Positions 60,904 through 64,000 of a DNA stretch of 64,000 nt are shown one piece after another. The number at the start of each line of letters is the position of its first letter. Position 1 is the first letter of the stretch. The stretch is taken from positions 1-64,000 of the forward strand of contig JAVECO010000127.1 in the NCBI GenBank assembly GCA_051942205.1, written 5' to 3'. This DNA comes from Coniocarpon cinnabarinum. Taxonomy: Eukaryota. The position numbers and the translations under genes were made by a program. The notes below the pieces were generated by a model. The model saw only the letters and a list, made by a program, of their open reading frames with translations. It did not search any database and had not been told where the DNA came from.

Positions 60904-62417
60904 TCAGACCGTCACTGGCCATTCCATGGCTCCATCCGCCAACTTGCAACACACCTCGTATGCCTCTCCAGCCTTAACTCGCATCACCCTCGTCCCATTT
61001 TTCAAACTCAACCCTTGAACCCCTTCCGCCACTGTCTCCTCGCTGGGCTCCCACTCCGTGTCCACAATTGTCACTTCATCCTCTATTCCCTTCACCTCAG
61101 GCTCAGCATACAAAAACAGCTTCCGATGCAGATTACGTCGAAATCGCTCATGATGACACACGACCGGCCAAGGCTTCACCGCAGTATCTACGGTCATCGG
61201 ATCTTGACTTGAATTGACATGCTCTTCCGGCGCCGAGACGATGAGGAATTTCTCGTCGTCATGCACGCGATCGGCGGTCTCTGGATCCATCAGCTCGGCA
61301 ATGCGCCAGGCGTCTTCCTCCACCTTGCACTGCAGCACGAAGGACCAGTGCGCTATGTGGAAGGGCCGCATACCCGTGTCGATTTTATTGAAGATTTGCA
61401 ACGTCTCTGGGTTGGACGCGGGGATGCGCTGAGCTTCGAAGACAACAGGGTTGCTGGTCGAGCGATCGATCTTGACGAGGAGGAGACCATCTTGCTCGAC
61501 ATCCGGTTGGTCTGCGAGCAGGAACATGGAGTCGTGGATACCGTGGCCGCCTTCATCGACTGTCATGTATTCGGTGATGGCGAAAGTGAGGGCGCGCTGG
61601 TCGTAAGGACCGAGCGGGCAATCGGCGGAGCCAGTAGAAGGATTGTCGGAGATGATAGGGGCTGTAGTAAGTTTGAATCCAGCGGGGCTGGAAGCGCAAG
61701 GAGAGATGTACCCCTGAATGCCGTAGGGAAGGAACGTGTGAGCATGGGCGGCGGACTTCGATCCAAGAGCGTTGAGGACCGCGTCTTGGGAAACACCTTG
61801 GAGAATGTAGATGCCAATGACGTAGTCTGGAGTAAAGGGTGCATCCATAGCATCATCGCTGGGAGGTGTTAGCGTTTTAGCAGCGATGAGATAACATAGC
61901 TGAAAGCTCACCTGTCTTGGCCATCGGAATCGTTGTCGCCGATGTTCTGCAGGTGCTGAAATTCCTGCTCAAGCTTGCTCCAGTCCAGGTGCGAGATCTG
62001 CAGGTTGGCGAAGGCGGAGCCGGCGGATGCGGCGGGCACCCACATCTTACGGACCGCGGGGTCACTGTTGGTGCCCGTCGACACGAGGAGCACCCCATAC
62101 TGCTCGAAGTCTTTTTCCACGACCGCAATATAATACGCGGGGTGGAAGACTGTGTTGACAACAACCTTGCGGTGAGTCTCGAGTGACGATCTGAGAGGCC
62201 TCCCGATCTTGTCTGAGTGAGGTGCGGGGCAGACTACATCACTGCCACTTGTCATGAGCTGGCTGTTGCAAAGGGCAATGAGATCGCTAATGGCGGTCAA
62301 GGGGAGGTGGACATGGAAATAAATGGCACAGCACTGTTTTGTGTGGGGATTGAATTTCTGTCGATTGGCAGCGGAGTCATTTTGAGCCGGGAGGCTGAGA
62401 TCGAGCTCGTTGGGCAT
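60904..62417 (-). CDS. Uncharacterised protein with three internal repeats; intron 61859-61911
   Basis: Two ORFs joined in frame by a GTGAGC..CTAAC..CAG intron; an H..(F/Y)...D.E..G(V/L)LLV-like motif occurs three times. Confidence 0.7.
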
Positions 62418-63705
62418 GATGATGTTTGAAGGAGTGGACTACAAAGGGAAATATAAGAGAAAGAGGAATGGTTTCTGAGAGATTGAACGAGACAGGTTCA
62501 AGAGAGATGGGAGCAGACCATTCGGGGGTTTTTACTAGTGAGCAAGATCCATTTCAGAAGTCGTGGGGTCTGAGCGCTTGTGGACACAGTATCTGCAAAC
62601 TGGCATGAGGGGGCTGCTTTACCGAAGGGGGTGCAAACTCGCGAGCTGCATTTGCCGGATTCTGCGAGAAGGATGAACCGTTTCACAAATGTGCGGGCAG
62701 CAGATCGGCCGCACTGGCTGCTAATGGGGGCTGTAGCAAGATTTTATGTTGTTCACTTCCTCTATGCCGTGTAATAAGGAGAACGGAAGAAAGAAGTTGA
62801 CAACGTTGCACGTGTCTGTCACGGTAGGGTCGCGTCGAGGATGAGGACGTATCATTGTGGCACTTGTCACGTGCTATTATAGATGTGCCGCCAGAGTAAT
62901 CACGACATGGATGAGCCGCATGCAGAGCTTCTGGACCAACTTTGGCCGGCGTTCGCCTTTACCCAGTGTACTGACAGCGGCCTAGAACAATACAAGCCCG
63001 ACGCTGTGCCTGGCCTGCAGATTGTCAACTTCTATGACGGCATCACGTGACTGTATTGCTAATGTCAGCATATCTCGGTCCCCGCGCTTAGAAATTGTCA
63101 CGCTTGTCATTTCACCTACTCCGTCACTCCGTGTGGAGAGCGCTGCTCCGACCTTTACCTATCCTTGTCCTCTTCCATTTCCGACCTCACTTCAAGCATC
63201 TCCAGATCTCGACCCGTGTCATGCCCTCCCCCTTGTCTTATGCTTTGACCCTATACGGCGTGCCCCTCGAGCTCTTGCGCAAGGCTGACTCCCCCTACGA
63301 TCTCGTTCCTGCTGCCCAGCCGTAGCCTTGCGGCTGACGACCGCTCGCAGGCGCGCTCTTACTTGCGCTATACTTGCCGTCCCATCTTGACACCAATGCG
63401 CTGACGTTTGCGTCGCGGCCCGCCCTTAGATCTTCAACTTGCCAACGTCCCACGACCAGAGTGTTCCTCTATTCAGGTACATCACTGGAGCATCTATACC
63501 CGTCGTGTCGGTTGGCGGTCATCTGTATGAGTATCCATTCAGCCGATCCATGGCGACTCACTCGTTCTTGTACTGAGAGGGATACACTGCCGAGCTGTGC
63601 CGAAGCTCGAATCGCGTGTCGCATACTATTATTAGGGAGCTTGTAAGCCCAAAGACCAGAGGCCCACAGCACTGCATTCTTCCTCCACCGCGACCGTCGA
63701 CTGTC

Positions 63706-64000
63706 ATGGCTGCTGTTGCAGGTTCCCAAGTACCCGGGCTGGACCCGACGCGTTCCGCAAGTCCATCATCCCCGCAAAGTCCTAGATCCGGGGGCACCGC
63801 AGGCACAGGAGATGCAATGGATGTGTCGCCAACCAGCGCTGCACCAATGCGACCGCCGAACGGTACCCAAATCTTGAAGAACACAAAGCTGAGCGATGCG
63901 TCCAAAAAGAGCTCGGGGTCTGCCACAGGCGCCGCCGCCGCCGTCTCCAACCCCAAAGTTGTCCAGAGTGCGTTTGTTCACAAGCTATACAACATGCTGG
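63706..64000 (+). CDS. HSF-type DNA-binding transcription factor (Sfl1-like), 5' part only; runs off the window
   Basis: Open frame from ATG 63706 ending PKVVQSAFVHKLYNML, the start of an HSF DNA-binding domain. Confidence 0.85.
   Translation, partial: MAAVAGSQVPGLDPTRSASPSSPQSPRSGGTAGTGDAMDVSPTSAAPMRPPNGTQILKNTKLSDASKKSSGSATGAAAAVSNPKVVQSAFVHKLYNML

Noticed and set aside
41000..62500. Intact Starship or other autonomous transposon
   Set aside because: No tyrosine-recombinase captain, transposase, reverse transcriptase or integrase motifs and no boundary repeats are visible.

Overview
Gene-dense genomic DNA from a filamentous ascomycete (Pezizomycotina), with short GT..CTRAC..AG introns. 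About 1.7-40.2 kb is mostly housekeeping genes: SEC4-type Rab, GH65 acid trehalase, two double-RRM proteins, RER1, enoyl-CoA hydratase, S53 sedolisin, PAF1, AYR1-like SDR, Mae1-type TDT transporter, ARP8, ARL1, GCV2, ATG22, RNase H2 subunit B, MCM10 and DUO1. A HeLo-domain gene sits between GCV2 and ATG22. From about 41 to 62.4 kb, between DUO1 and a partial HSF/Sfl1-type gene, lies an accessory-looking island. It holds a Goodbye-NACHT-TPR NLR, a tandem family of 6-Cys small secreted proteins (two intact, one relic interrupted by a 120-bp hAT-like MITE with an 8-bp TSD), and two paralogs of an unrecognised family. It also holds a PD-(D/E)xK nuclease-like gene, two MC...YCxxH Cys-rich micro-ORFs, an ankyrin fragment, an APH-like kinase, a papain-like H..NCQDW protein and a three-repeat orphan. 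Several island genes carry in-frame stops. All calls come from reading the sequence and recognising motifs; no database searches were run.
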